Assembly: GCA_040954595.2 (NCBI GenBank)
Contig: CM082583.2
Span: 1,002,925 to 1,066,924, forward strand
Source of the DNA: Balanoglossus misakiensis
Taxonomy: Eukaryota > Animalia > Hemichordata
Direction of reading: 5' to 3'
Length of the DNA stretch: 64,000 nucleotides
A program made the position numbers and the translations under genes. The notes under the pieces were generated by a model. That model was given only the letters and a program-made list of their open reading frames with translations, was not told the origin of the DNA and did not search any database. Positions 25,601 through 40,600 of this stretch are shown here, piece by piece (position 1 is the first letter of the stretch; the number at the start of each line of letters is the position of its first letter).

Positions 25601-28600
25601 GTATCGATATATACATACGAAGAGCATTCTATACTCCATCAGATTTCCGAAAATGTAGAAAACAGGTATTTTTTGTAATTTTCAAAAATTTACCATTTTG
25701 ACCGAATTGTGGCTAAAATTGTTATTTTCGTGTTGAATGCCGCCAGTGTCATTGCTTTTAAAAGTCATAAAAAATTTTAACATACAAGCAATTGTTTATA
25801 TATGATAAGGTCACCGAATTAAAAAAATAAAGAATGTTTTGACTAAAAATGACCTTTTTGGTGCAAAAACGAATAAAACGCAATTTTGTATTAAATCAGC
25901 TCATTCAGAGTGCATTTTTATAATCAGCACAATTTTTACATATAATGGAAATTTCATACATCATCAGATATCCAAATATGAAAAGATGATTTACATTTTA
26001 GATGATTGTCAAAAATTAGCTGATATCTGATAAATGTAGTATTGAACCGTTCTGTCCCCCCCCCCCCTACATTATATGCGGTACGCTGATGTCAGCTTAC
26101 CCGGCAGTACTGCAGGCCGTGCCCCCAACTAACGTCGGTGTTTGAAACGCCCTGGTTAAATTCGGGCTTTCTCTATAAAATGACAGGCAATAATGCAGTC
26201 CTACCGGAACAAATGTCGAGTGTTGACCCGCTGTGACTTTCCCTGTTCGGTTTGCCCGACTTAGCCAACGTCTTTGTACTAGAGTGTCGGGTCTTTTGCA
26301 GAGCCAGGCCGAAGGAAATCCGACTTGATCACCGTTGCTAACGAACGCTAGTGTCTGTCATGGTGTGCCGGGGTTTTAGTCGAGCCAGGCCGTAGGAGAT
26401 CTGACTTGATCATCGTGGTCAATGTACGCGTGTTTCCGCTCTAAAGGGCCGGGGCTTCAGCTAAACCAGGCCGTAGGAAATCCGACGTAATCACCGTTGA
26501 TAACTTACGCCAGTCTGTGTCATATAGAGCCGATGCACCAGCCGAGTCACGCCGTAGGAAATCTTACTTGATCAACGTGGTCAATGTACGCCTGTTTCTG
26601 CTCTAGAGTGCCGGGGCTTCAGCTGAGCCAGGCCGTGGGAAACCCGACGTGATTACCGTTGTTAACTTACGCCAGTTTGTGTCCTATATATACTGCCGGG
26701 GCATCAGCCGTGCCAGGCCGAAGGAAATGTGAGTAGATCAACGTGGTCTCTGTACGCGTGTTTCTGCTCTAGAGTGCCAGGGCTTTAGCCAAGCCATGCC
26801 GTAGGAAATCTGACTTGATCAACGTTGCTAACGAACGCTAATGTCTGTCATAGTGTGCCGGGGTTTTAGTCGAGCCAAGCCGTAGGAGATCAGACTTGAT
26901 CAACGTGGTCTCTGTACGCGTGTTTCTGCTCTAGAGTGCCGGGGCTTTATCCAAGCCATGCCGTAGAAAATCTGACTTGATCACCGTTGCTAACGTACGC
27001 TAGTGTCTGTCATATTGTGACGGAGATTTAGCCGAGCCAGGCCGTAGAAAAATCGACTTGTTCAACGTTACCAGTGTGCAACTGTTTCTGCTCTAGAGTG
27101 TCAGGGTTTTAGCCGACTTATGCTGTAGGAAATCTGAGTTGATGAACGGGAATTCAATGTTAGAAAACCCGTGTGGAAAGTATCTCTACCCGTTTGAAAC
27201 TAAGAAAAGAATTTATTCTTATTTATTTTGTAAAAAAGACAATTTTTCGAAAAAAAGTCGAAAAATTGCAATTTTGTCTTGGGTGATTCAAATTATACCG
27301 CCTTTTCTGGAATTTGCAGCACTTTTTACAAGAGAACGACACTTCATGCTCCATAATATTTCCGAAAATGAAGAAAAGAGTTAATTTTTTATGATTTTTC
27401 AAAAATTTACCATTTTTGTCAAAATATGGCCAAAATGGCTATTTTTCTTGAATTCCGTCAATATCTCTGCATTTTTGGAGTGGTCGAGAGTTTTAACATA
27501 CAATCAACATGTCATATATGATCAGGGCACCAAATTCGAAGAACAAAGGTTTTTTTATTTTTTTTTCTAAAAATGACATTTTCAAGGACAATTTGGTAAA
27601 ACGCAATTTTGTCTGCAGTGAGCCAAATTAGACGGTCTTTTGTGGAATTTGTATCGATATATACATACGAAGAGCATTCTATACTCCATCAGATTTCCGA
27701 AAATGTAAAAAACAGGTATTTTTTGTAATTTTCCAAAATTTACCATTTTGACCAAATTGTGGCTAAAATTGTTATTTTCGTGATGAATGCCGCCAGTGTC
27801 ACTGCTTTTAAAAGTCATAAAACTTTTAACATACAAGCAATTGTTTATATATGATCAGGTCACCGAATTAAAAATATAAAGGATGTTTTGCCTAAAAATG
27901 ACCTTTTTGGTGCAAAAACGAATAAAACGCAATCTTGTATTAAATCAGTTCATTCAGAGTGCATGTTTTATAATAAGCACCAATTTTACATATAATGGAA
28001 ATTTCATACATCATCAGATATCCAAATATGAAAAAATGATTTAGATTTTAGATGATTGTCCAAAATTAGCTGATATCTAATAAATGTAGTATTGAACCGT
28101 TCTGCCCCCCCCCCCCCTTACATTATATGCGGTACGCCGATGTCAGCTTACCCGGCAGTACTGTAGGCCGTGCCCCCAACAAACGTCGGTGTTTGAAACG
28201 CCCTGGTTAAATTCGGGCTCTCTCTATAAATCGACAGGCAATAATGCAGTCCTACCGGAACAAATGTCAAGTGTTGAACCGCTGTGACTTTCCCTGTTCG
28301 GTTTGCCCGACTTAGCCAACGTCTTTGTACTAGAGTGTCGGGTCTTTTGCAGAGCCAGGCCGAAGGAAATCCGACTTGATCACCGTTGCTAACGAACGCT
28401 AGTGTCTGTCATGGTGTGCCGGGGTTTTAGTCGAGCCAGGCCGTAGGAGATCTGACCTGATCATCGTGGTCAATGTACGCGTGTTTCCGCTCTAAAGTGC
28501 CGGGGCTTCAGCTAAACCAGGCCGTAGGAAATCCGACGTAATCACCGTTGATAACTTACACCAGTCTGTGTCATATAGAGCCGGTGCACCAGCCGAGTCA

Positions 28601-31600
28601 CGCCGTAGGAAATCTGACTTGATCAACGTGGTCAATGTACGCCTGTTTCTGCTCTAGAGTGCCGGGGCTTCAGCTGAGCCAGGCCGTAAGAAAACCCGAC
28701 GTGATTACCGTTGTTAACTTACGCCAGTCTGTGTCCTATATATAGTGCCGGGGCATCAGCCGTGCCAGGCCGAAGGAAATATGAGAAGATCAACGTGGTC
28801 TCTGTACGCGTGTTTCTGCTCTAGAGTGCCAGGGCTTTAGTTAAGCCATGCCGTAGGAAATCTGACTTGATCAAAGTTGCTAACGAACGCTAGTGTCTGT
28901 CATAGTGTGCCGGGGTTTTAGTCGAGCCAAGCCGTAGGAGATCAGACTTGATCAACGTGGTCTCTGTACGCGTGTTTCTGCTCTAGAGTGCCGGGGCTTT
29001 ATCCAAGCCATGCCGTAGAAAATCTGACTTGATCACCGTTGCTAACGTACGCTAGTGTCTGTCATATTGTGACGGAGATTTAGCCGAGCCAGGTCGTAGA
29101 AAAATCGACTTGTTCAACGTTACCAGTGTGCAACTGTTTCTGCTCTAGAGTGTCAGGGTTTTAGCCGACTTATGCTGTAGGAAATCTGAGTTTATGAACG
29201 GGAATTCAATGTTAGAAAACCCGTGTGGAAAGTATCTCTACCCGTTTGAAACTAAGAAAAGAATTTATTCTTATTTATTTTGTAAAAAAAGACAATTTTT
29301 CGAAAAAAAGTTGAAAATGGTAATTTTGTCTTGGGTGATTCAAATTATACCGCCTTTTCTGGAATTTGCAGCACTTTTTGCAAGAGAACGACACTTCATG
29401 CTCCATAATATTTCCGAAAATGAAGAAAAGAGTTAATTTTTTATGATTTTTCAAAAATTTACCATTTTTGTCAAAATATGGCCAAAATGGCTATTTTTCT
29501 TGAATTCCGTCAATATCTCTGCATTTTTGGAGTGGTCGAGAGTTTTAACATACAATCAACATGTCATATATGATCAGGGCACCAAATTCGAAGAACAAAG
29601 GTTTTTTATTTTTTTTTTCTAAAAATGACATTTTCAAGGAAAATTTGGTAAAACGCAATTTTGTCTGCAGTGAGCCAAATTAGACGGTCTTTTGTGGAAT
29701 TTGTATCGATATATACATACGAAGAACATTCTATACTCCATCAGATTTCCGAAAATGTAGAAAACAGGTATTTTTTTGTAATTTTCAAAAATTTACCATT
29801 TTGACCAAATTGTGGCTAAAATTGTTATTTTCGTGATGAATGCCGCCAGTGTCACTGCTTTTAAAAGTCATAAAAACTTTTAACATACAAGCAATTGTTT
29901 ATATATGATCAGGTCACCGAATTAAAAATATAAAGAATGTTTTGCCTAAAAATGACCTTTTTGGTGCAAAAACGAATAAAACGCAATCTTGTATTAAATC
30001 AGTTCATTCAGAGTGCATGTTTTATAATAAGCACCATTTTTACATATAATGGAAATTTCATACATCATCAGATATCCAAATATGAAAAAATGATTTAGAT
30101 TTTAGATGATTGTCCAAAATTAGCTGATATCTAATAAATGTAGTATTGAACCGTTCTGTCCCCCCCCCCCTTACATTATATGCGGTACGCCGATGTCAGC
30201 TTACCCAGCAGTACTGCAGGCCGTGCCCCCAACTAACGTCGGTGTTTGGAACGCCCTGGTTAAATTCGAGCTTTCTCTATAAATTGACAGGCAATAATGC
30301 AGTCCTACCCGACCAAATGTCGAGTGTTGACCCGCTGTGACTTTCCCTCTTCGGTTTGCCCGACTTAGCCAACGTCTTTGTACTAGAGTGTCGGGTCTTT
30401 TGCAGAGCCAGGCCGAAGGAAATCCGACTTGATCACCGTTGCTAACGAACGCTAGTGTCTGTCATGGTGTGCCGGGGTTTTAGTCGAGCCAGGCCGTAGG
30501 AGATCTGACTTGATCATCGTGGTCAATGTACGCGTGTTTCCGCTCTAAAGTGCCGGGGCTTCAGCTAAACCAGGCCGTAGGAAATCCGACGTAATCACCG
30601 TTGATAACTTACGCCAGTCTGTGTCATATAGAGCCGGTGCACCAGCCGAGTCACGCCGAAGGAAATCTGACTTGATCAACGTGGTCAATGTACGCGTGTT
30701 TCCGCTCTAAAGTGCCGGGGCTTCAGCTAAACCAGGCCGTAGGAAATCCTACGTAATCACCGTTGTTAACTTACGCCAGTCTGTGTCCTATATATAGTGC
30801 CGGGGCATCAGCCGTGCCAGGCCGATGGAAATGTGAGTAGATCAACGTGGTCTCTGTACGCGTGTTTCTGCTCTAGAGTGTCAGGGCTTTAGCAAAGCCA
30901 TGCCGTAGGAAATCTGACTTGATCAACGTTGCTAACGAACGCTAGTGTCTGTCATAGTGTGCCGGGGTTTTAGTCGAGCCAAGCCGTAGGAGATCAGACT
31001 TGATCAACGTGGTCTCTGTACGCGTGTTTCTGCTCTAGAGTGCCGGGGCTTTATCCAACCCATGCCGTTGAAAATCTGACTTGATTACCATTGCTAACGT
31101 ACGCTAGTGTCTGTCATATTGTGACGAGATTTAGCCGAGCCAGGCCGTAGAAAAATCGACTTGTTCAACGTTATCAGTGTGCAACTGTTTCTGCTCTAGA
31201 GTGTCAGGGTTTTAGCCGACTTATGCTGTAGGAAATCTGAGTTGATGAACGGGTATTCAATGTTAGAAAACCCGTGTGGAAAGTATCTCTACCCGTTTGA
31301 AACTAAGAAAAGAATTTATTCTTATTTATTTTGTAAAAAAGACAATTTTTCGAAAACAAGTCGAAAATGGTAATTTTGTCTTGGGTGATTCAAATTATAC
31401 CACATTTTCTGGAATTTGCAGCACTTTTTACAAGAGAACGACACTTCATGCTCCATAATATTTCCGAAAATGAAGAAAAGAGTTTATTTTTTATGATTTT
31501 TTAAAAATGTACCATTTTGTCAAAATATGGCCAAAATGGCTATTTTTTCTTGAATTCCGTCAATATCTCTGCATTTTTGGAGTGGTCGAAAGTTTTAACA

Positions 31601-34600
31601 TACAATCAACATGTCATATATGATCAGGGCACCAAATTCGAAGAAGGAAGGTTTTTTTATTTTATTTTTCTAAAAATGACATTTTCAAGGAAAATTTGGT
31701 AAAACGCAATTTTGTCTGCAGTGAGCCAAATTAGACGGTCTTTTGTGGAATTGGTATCGATATATATATACGAAGAGCATTCTATACTCCATCAGATTTC
31801 CGAAAATGTAGAAAACAGGTATTTTTTGTAATTTTCAAAAATTTACCATTTTGACCAAATTGTGGTTAAAATTGTTATTTTCGTGTTGAATGCCTCCAGT
31901 GTCACTGCTTTTAAAAGTCATAAAAACTTTTAACATGCAAGCAATTGCTTATATATGATCAGGTCACCGAATTAAAAAAATAAAGAATGTTTTGCCTAAA
32001 AATGACCTTTTTGGTGCAAAAACGAATAAAACGCAATTTTGTATTAAATCAGCTCATTCAGAGTGCATTTTTTATAATCAGCACCATTTTTACATATAAT
32101 GGAAATTTCATACATCATCAGATATCCAAATATGAAAAAATGATTTAGATTTTAGATGATTGTCCAAAATTAGCTGATATCTAATAAATGTAGTATTGAA
32201 CCGTTCTGTCCCCCCCCCCCTACATTATATGCGGTACGCCGATGTCAGCTTACCCGGCAATACTGCAGGCCGTGCCCCCAAATAACGTCGGTGTTTGAAA
32301 CGCCCTGGTTAAATTCGGGCTTTCTCTATAAATTGACAGGCAATAATGCAGTCCTACCCGAACAAATGTCGAGTGTTGACCCGCTGTGACTTTCCCTCTT
32401 CGGTTTGCCCGACTTAGCCAACGTCTTTGTACTAATGTGTCGGGTCTTTTGCAGAGCCAGGCCGAAGGAAATCCGACTTGATCACCGTTGCTAACGAACG
32501 CTAGTGTCTGTCATGGTGTGCCGGGGTTTTAGTCGAGCCAGGCCGTAGGAGATCTGACTTGATCATCGTGGTCAATGTACGCGTGTTTCCGCTCTAAAGT
32601 GCCGGGGCTTCAGCTAAACCAGGCCGTAGGAAATCCGACGTAATCACCGTTGATAACTTACGCCAGTCTGTGTCATATAGAGCCGGTGCACCAGCCGAGT
32701 CACGCCGTAGGAATCTGATTTGATCAACGTGGTCAATGTACGCCTGTTTCTGCTCTAGAGTGCCGGGGCTTCAGCTGAGCCAGGCCGTAGGAAACCCGAC
32801 GTGATTACCGTTGTTAACTTACGCCAGTCTGTGTCCTATATATAGTGCGGGGCATCAGCCGTGCCAGGCCTAAGGAAATGTGAGTAGATCAATGTGGTCT
32901 CTGTACGCGTATTTCTGCTCTAGAATGCCGGGGTTTTAGTCGAGCCAAGCCGTAGGAGATCTGACTTGATCATCGTGGTCAATGTACGCGTGTTTCCGCT
33001 CTAAAGTGCCGGGGCTTGAGCTAAACCAGGCCGTAGGAAATCCGACGTAATCACCGTTGATAACTTACGCCAGTCTGTGTCATATAGAGCCGGTGCACCA
33101 GCGGAGTCACACCGTAGGAATCTGATTTGATCAACGTGGTCAATGTACGCCTGTTTCTGCTCTAGAGTGCCGGGGCTTCAGCTGAGCCAGGCCGTAGGAA
33201 ACCCGACGTGATTACCGTTGTTAACTTACGCAAGTCTGTGTCCTATATATACTGCCGGGGCATCAGCCGTGCCAGGCCGAAGGAAATGTGAGTAGATCAA
33301 CGTGGTTTCTGTACGCGTGTTTCTGCTCTAGAGTGCCAGGGCTTTAGCCAAGCCATGCCGTAGGAAATCTGACTTGATCACCGTTGCTAACGAACGCTAG
33401 TGTCTGTCATAGTGTGCCGGGGTTTTAGTCGAACCAAGCCGTAGGAGATCAGACTTGATCAACGTGGTCTCTGTACGCGTGTTTCTGCTCTGGAGTGCCG
33501 GGGCTTTATCCAAGCCATGCCGTAGAAAATCTGACTTGATCACCGTTGCTAACCTACGCTAGTGTCTGTCATATTGTGACGGAGATTTAGCCGAGCCAGG
33601 CCGTAGAAAAATCGACTTGTTCAACGTTACCAGTGTGCAACTGTTTCTGTTCAAGAGAGTCAGGGTTTTAGCCGACTTGTAGAAAATCTGAGTTGATGAA
33701 CGGGAATTCAATGTTAGAAATCCGTGTGGAAAGTATCTCTACCCGTTTGGAACTAAGAAAAGAATTTATTCTTATTTATTTTGTAAAAAAACAATATTTC
33801 GAAAAAAAGTCGAAAATGGTAATTATGTCTTGGGTGATTCAAATTATACCGCCTTTTCTGGAATTTGCAGCACTTTTTACAAGAGAACGACACTTCATGC
33901 TCTATAATATTTCCGAAAATGAAGAAAAGAGTTAATTTTTTATGATTTTTTAAAAATTTACCATTTTTGTCAAAATATGGCCAAAATGGCTATTTTTTCT
34001 TGAATTCCGTCAATATCTCAGCATTTTTGGAGTGGTCGAAAGTTTTAACATACAATCAACATGTCATATATGATCAGGCACTAAATTCGAAGAACAAAGG
34101 TTTTTTATTTTTTTTTCTAAAAATGACATTTTCAAGGAAAATTTGGTAAAACGCAATTTTGTCTGCAGTGAGCTAAATTAGACGGTCTTTTGTGGAATTT
34201 GTATCGATATATACATACGAAGAGCATTCTATACTCCATCAGATTTCCGAAAATGTAGAAAACAGGTATTTTTTGTAATTTTCAAAAATTTACCATTTTG
34301 ACCGAATTGTGGCTAAAATTGTTATTTAAGTAATGAATGCCGCCAGTGTCACTGCTTTTAAAAGTCATAAAAACTTTTAACATACAAGCAATTGTTTATA
34401 TATGATAAGGTCACCGAATTAAAAAAATAAAGAATGTTTTGACTAAAAATGACCTTTTTGGTGCAAAAACGAATAAAACGCAATTTTGTATTAAATAAGC
34501 TCATTCAGGGTGCATTTTTATAATCAGCACCATTTTTACATATAATGGAAATTTCATACATCATCAGATATCCAAATATGAAAAGATGATTTACATTTTA

Positions 34601-37600
34601 GATGATTGTCAAAAATTAGCTGATATCTGATAAATGTAGTATTGAACCGTTCTGTTCCCCCCCCTACATTATATGCGGTACGCTGATGTCAGCTTACCCG
34701 GCAGTACTGCAGGCCGTGCCCCCAACTAACGTCGGTGTTTGAAACGCCCTGGTTAAATTCGGGCTTTCTCTATAAATTGACAGGCAATAATGCAGTCCTA
34801 CCGGAACAAATGTCGAGTGTTGACCCGCTGTGACTTTCCCTGTTCGGTTTGCCCGACTTAGCCAACGTCTTTGTACTAGAGTGTCGGGTCTTTTGCAGAG
34901 CCAGGCCGAAGGAAATCCGACTTGATCACCGTTGCTAACGAACGCTAATGTCTGTCATGGTGTGCCGGGGTTTTAGTCGAGCCAGGCCGTAGGAGATCTG
35001 ACTTGATCATCGTGGTCAATGTACGCGTGTTTCCGCTCTATAGGGCCGGGGCTTCAGCTAAACCAGGCCGTAGGAAATCCGACGTAATCACCGTTGATAA
35101 CTTACGCCAGTCTGTGTCATATAGAGCCGGTGCACCAGCCGAGTCACGCCGTAGGAAATCTTACTTGATCAACGTGGTCAATGTACGCCTGTTTCTGCTC
35201 TAGAGTGCCGGGGCTTCAGCTGAGCCAGGCCGTGGGAAACCCGACGTGATTACCGTTGTTAACTTACGCCAGTTTGTGTCCTATATATAGTGCCGGGGCA
35301 TCAGCCGTGCCAGGCCGAAGGAAATGTGAGTAGATCAACGTGGTCTCTGTACGCGTGTTTCTGCTCTAGAGTGCCAGGGCTTTAGCCAAGCCATGCCGTA
35401 GGAAATCTGACTTGATCAACGTTGCTAACGAACGCCAATGTCTGTCATAGTGTGCCGGGGTTTTAGTCGAGCAAAGCCGTAGGAGATCAGACTTGATCAA
35501 CGTGGTCTCTGTACGCGTGTTTCTGCTCTAGAGTGCCGGGGCTTTATCCAAGCCATGCCGTAGAAAATCTGACTTGATCACCGTTGCTAACGTACGCTAG
35601 TGTCTGTCATATTGTGACGGAGATTTAGCCGAGCCAGGCCGTAGAAAAATCGACTTGTTCAACGTTACCAGTGTGCAACTGTTTCTGCTCTAAAGTCTCA
35701 GGGTTTTAGCCGACTTATGCTGTAGGAAATCTGAGTTGATGAACGGGAATTCAATGTTAGAAAACCCGTGTGGAAAGTATCTCTACCCGTTTGAAACTAA
35801 GAAAAGAATTTATTCTTATTTATTTTGTAAAAAAGACAATTTTTCGAAAAAAAGTCGAAAAATTGCAATTTTGTCTTGGGTGATTCAAATTATACCGCCT
35901 TTTCTGGAATTTGCAGCACTTTTTACAAGAGAACGACACTTCATGCTCCATAATATTTCCGAAAATGAAGAAAAGAGTTAATTTTTTATGATTTTTCAAA
36001 AATTTACCATTTTTGTCAAAATATGGCCAAAATGGCTATTTTTCTTGAATTCCGTCAATATCTCTGCATTTTTGGAGTGGTCGAGAGTTTTAACATACAA
36101 TCAACATGTCATATATGATCAGGGCACCAAATTCGAAGAACAAAGGTTTTTTTATTTTTTTTTCTAAAAATGACATTTTCAAGGAAAATTTGGTAAAACG
36201 CAATTTTGTCTGCAGTGAGCCAAATTAGACGGTCTTTTGTGGAATTTGTATCGATATATACATACGAAGAGCATTCTATACTCCATCAGATTTCCGAAAA
36301 TGTAAAAAACAGGTATTTTTTGTAATTTTCAAAAATTTACCATTTTGACCGAATTGTGGCTTAAATTGTTATTTTCGTGATGAATGCCGCCAGTGTCACT
36401 GCTTTTAAAAGTCATAAAAACTTTTAACATACAAGCAATTGTTTATATATGATCAGGTCACCGAATTAAAAATATAAAGAATGTTTTGCCTAAAAATGAC
36501 CTTTTGGTGCAAAAACGAATAAAACGCAATCTTGTATTAAATCAGTTCATTCAGAGTGCATGTTTTATAATAAGCACCATTTTTACATATAATGGAAATT
36601 TCATACATCATCAGATATCCAAATATGAAAAAATGATTTAGATTTTAGATGATTGTCCAAAATTAGCTGATATCTAATAAATGTAGTATTGAACCGTTCT
36701 GTCCCCCCCCCCCCCCTTACATTATATGCGGTACGCCGATGTCAGCTTACCCGGCAGTACTGTAGGCCGTGCCCCCAACAAACGTCGGTGTTTGAAACGC
36801 CCTGGTTAAATTCGGGCTCTCTCTATAAATCGACAGGCAATAATGCAGTCCTACCGGAACAAATGTCGAGTGTTGACCCGCTGCGACTTTCCCTCTTCGG
36901 TTTGCCCAACTTAGCCAACGTCTTTGTACTAGAGTGTCTGGTCTTTTGCAGAGCCAGGCCGACGGAAATCCGACTTGATCATCGTTGCTAACGAACGCTA
37001 GTGTCTGTCATGGTGTGCCGGGGTTTTAGTCGAGCCAGGCCGTAGGAGATCTGACTTGATCATCGTGGTCAATGTACGCGTGTTTCCGCTCTAAAGTGCC
37101 GGGGCTTCAGCTAAACCAGGCCGTAGGAAATCCGACGTAATCACCGTTGATAACTTACGCCATTCTGTGTCATATAGAGCCGGTGCACCAGCCGAGTCAC
37201 GCCGTAGGAAATCTGACTTGATCAACGTGGTCAATGTACGCCTGTTTCTGCTCTAGAGTGCCGGGGCTTCAGCTGAGCCAGGCCGTAGGAAACCCGACGT
37301 GATTACCGTTGTTAACTTACGCCAGTTTGTGTCCTATATATAGTGCCGGGGCATCAGCCGTGCCAGGCCGAAGGAAATGTGAGTAGATCAACGTGGTCTC
37401 TGTACGCGTGTTTCTGCTCTAGAGTGCCAGGGCTTTAGCCAAGCCATGCCGTAGGAAATCTGACTTGATCAACGTTGCTAACGAACGCTAGTGTCTGTCA
37501 TAGTGTGCCGGGGTTTTAGTCGAGCCAAGCCGTAGGAGATCAGACTTGATCAACGTGGTCTCTGTACGCGTGTTTCTGCTCTAGAGTGCCGGGGCTTTAT

Positions 37601-40600
37601 CCAACCCATGCCGTAGAAAATCTGACTTGATCACCGTTGCTAACGTACGATAGTGTCTGTCATAGTGTGCCGGGGTTTTAGTCGAGCAAAGCCGTAGGAG
37701 ATCAGACTTGATCAACGTGGTCTCTGTACGCGTGTTTCTGCTCTAGAGTGCCGGGGCTTTATCCAAGCCATGCCGTAGAAAATCTGACTTGATCACCGTT
37801 GCTAACGTACGCTAGTGTCTGTCATATAGTGACGGAGATTTAGCCGAGCCAGGCCGTAGAAAAATCGACTTGTTCAACGTTACCAGTGTGCAACTGTTTC
37901 TGCTCTAGAGTGTCAGGGTTTTAGCCGACTTATGCTGTAGGAAATCTGAGTTGATGAACGGGAATTCAATGTTAGAAAACCCGTGTGGAAAGTATCTCTA
38001 CCCGTTTGAAACTAAGAAAAGAATTTATTCTTATTTATTTTGTAAAAAAGACAATTTTTCGAAAAAAAGTCGAAAAATTGCAATTTTGTCTTGGGTGATT
38101 CAAATTATACCGCCTTTTCTGGAATTTGCAGCACTTTTTACAAGAGAACGACACTTCATGCTCCATAATATTTCCGAAAATGAAGAAAAGAGTTATTTTT
38201 TTATGATTTTTCAAAAATTTACCATTTTTGTCAAAATATGGCCAAAATGGCTATTTTTCTTGAATTCCGTCAATATCTCAGCATTTTTGGAGTGGTCGAG
38301 AGTTTTAACAAACAATCAACATGTCATATATGATCAGGGCACCAAATTCGAAGAACAAAGGTTTTTTTTTTTTTCTAAAAATGACATTTTCAAGGAAAAT
38401 TTGGTAAAACGCAATTTTGTCTGCAGTGAGCCAAATTAGACGGTCTTTTGTGGAATTTGTATCGATATGTACATACGAAGAGCATTCTACACTCCATCAG
38501 ATTTCCGAAAATGTAGAAAACAGGTATTTTTTGTAAATTTCAAAAATTTACCATTTTGACTAAATTGTGGCTAAAATTGTTATTTTCGTGATGAATGCCG
38601 CCAGTGTCACTGCTTTTAAAAGTCATAAAAACTTTTAACATACAAGCAATTGTTTATATATGATCAGGTCACCGAATTAAAAAAATAAAGAATGTTTTGC
38701 CTAAAAATGACCTTTTTGGTGCAAAAACGAATAAAACGCAATCTTGTATTAAATCAGTTCATTCAGAGTGCATGTTTTATAATAAGCACCATTTTTACAT
38801 ATAATGGAAATTTCATACATCATCAGATATCCAAATATGAAAAAAATGATTTAGATTTTAGATGATTGTCCAAAATTAGCTGATATCTAATAAATGTAGT
38901 ATTGAACCGTTCTGTCCCCCCCCCCCCTTACATTATATGCGGTACGCCGATGTCAGCTTACCCGGCAGTACTGTAGGCCGTGCCCCCAACAAACGTCGGT
39001 GTTTGAAACGCCCTGGTTAAATTCGGGCTCTCTCTATAAATCGACAGGCAATAATGCAGTCCTACCGGAACAAATGTCGAGTGTTGACCCGCTGCGACTT
39101 TCCCTCTTCGGTTTGCCCAACTTAGCCAACGTCTTTGTACTAGAGTGTCGGGTCTTTTGCAGAGCCAGGCCGAAGGAAATCCGACTTGATCACCGTTGCT
39201 AACGAACGCTAGTGTCTGTCATGGTGTGCCGGGGTTTTAGTCGAGCCAGGCCGTAGGAGATCTGACTTGATCATCGTGGTCAATGTACGCGTGTTTCCGC
39301 TCTAAAGTGCCGGGGCTTCAGCTAAACCAGGCCGTAGGAAATCCGACGTAATCACCGTTGATAACTTACGCCATTCTGTGTCATATAGAGCCGGTGCACC
39401 AGCCGAGTCACGCCGTAGGAAATCTGACTTGATCAACGTGGTCAATGTACGCCTGTTTCTGCTCTAGAGTGCCGGGGCTTCAGCTGAGCCAGGCCGTAGG
39501 AAACCCGACGTGATTACCGTTGTTAACTTACGCCAGTTTGTGTCCTATATATAGTGCCGGGGCATCAGCCGTGCCAGGCCGAAGGAAATGTGAGTAGATC
39601 AACGTGGTCTCTGTACGCGTGTTTCTGCTCTAGAGTGCCAGGGCTTTAGCCAAGCCATGCCGTAGGAAATCTGACTTGATCAACGTTGCTAACGAACGCT
39701 AGTGTCTGTCATAGTGTGCCGGGGTTTTAGTCGAGCCAAGCCGTAGGAGATCAGACTTGATCAACGTGGTCTCTGTACGCGTGTTTCTGCTCTAGAGTGC
39801 CGGGGATTTATCCAACCCATGCCGTAGAAAATCTGACTTGATCACCGTTGCTAACGTACGCTAGTGTCTGTCATATAGTGACGGAGATTTAGCCGAGCCA
39901 GGCCGTAGAAAAATCGACTTGTTCAACGTTACCAGTGTGCAACTGTTTCTGCTCTAGAGTGTCAGGGTTTTAGCCGACTTATGCTGTAGGAAATCTGAGT
40001 TGATGAACGGGAATTCAATGTTAGAAAACCCGTGTGGAAAGTATCTCTACCCGTTTGAAACTAAGAAAAGAATTTATTCTTATTTATTTTGTAAAAAAGA
40101 CAATTTTTCGAAAAAAAGTCGAAAAATTGCAATTTTGTCTTGGGTGATTCAAATTATACCGCCTTTTCTGGAATTTGCAGCACTTTTTACAAGAGAACGA
40201 CACTTCATGCTCCATAATATTTCCGAAAATGAAGAAAAGAGTTATTTTTTTATGATTTTTCAAAAATTTACCATTTTTGTCAAAATATGGCCAAAATGGC
40301 TATTTTTCTTTGAATTCCGTCAATATCTCAGCATTTTTGGAGTGGTCGAGAGTTTTAACATACAATCAACATGTCATATATGATCAGGGCACCAAATTCG
40401 AAGAACAAAGTTTTTTTTTTTTTTTTCTAAAAATGACATTTTCAAGGAAAATTTGGTAAAACGCAATTTTGTCTGCAGTGAGCCAAATTAGACGGTCTTT
40501 TGAGGAATTTGTATCGATATATACATACGAAGAGCATTCTACACTCCATCAGATTTCCGAAAATGTAGAAAACGGGTATTTTTTGTAAATTTCAAAAATT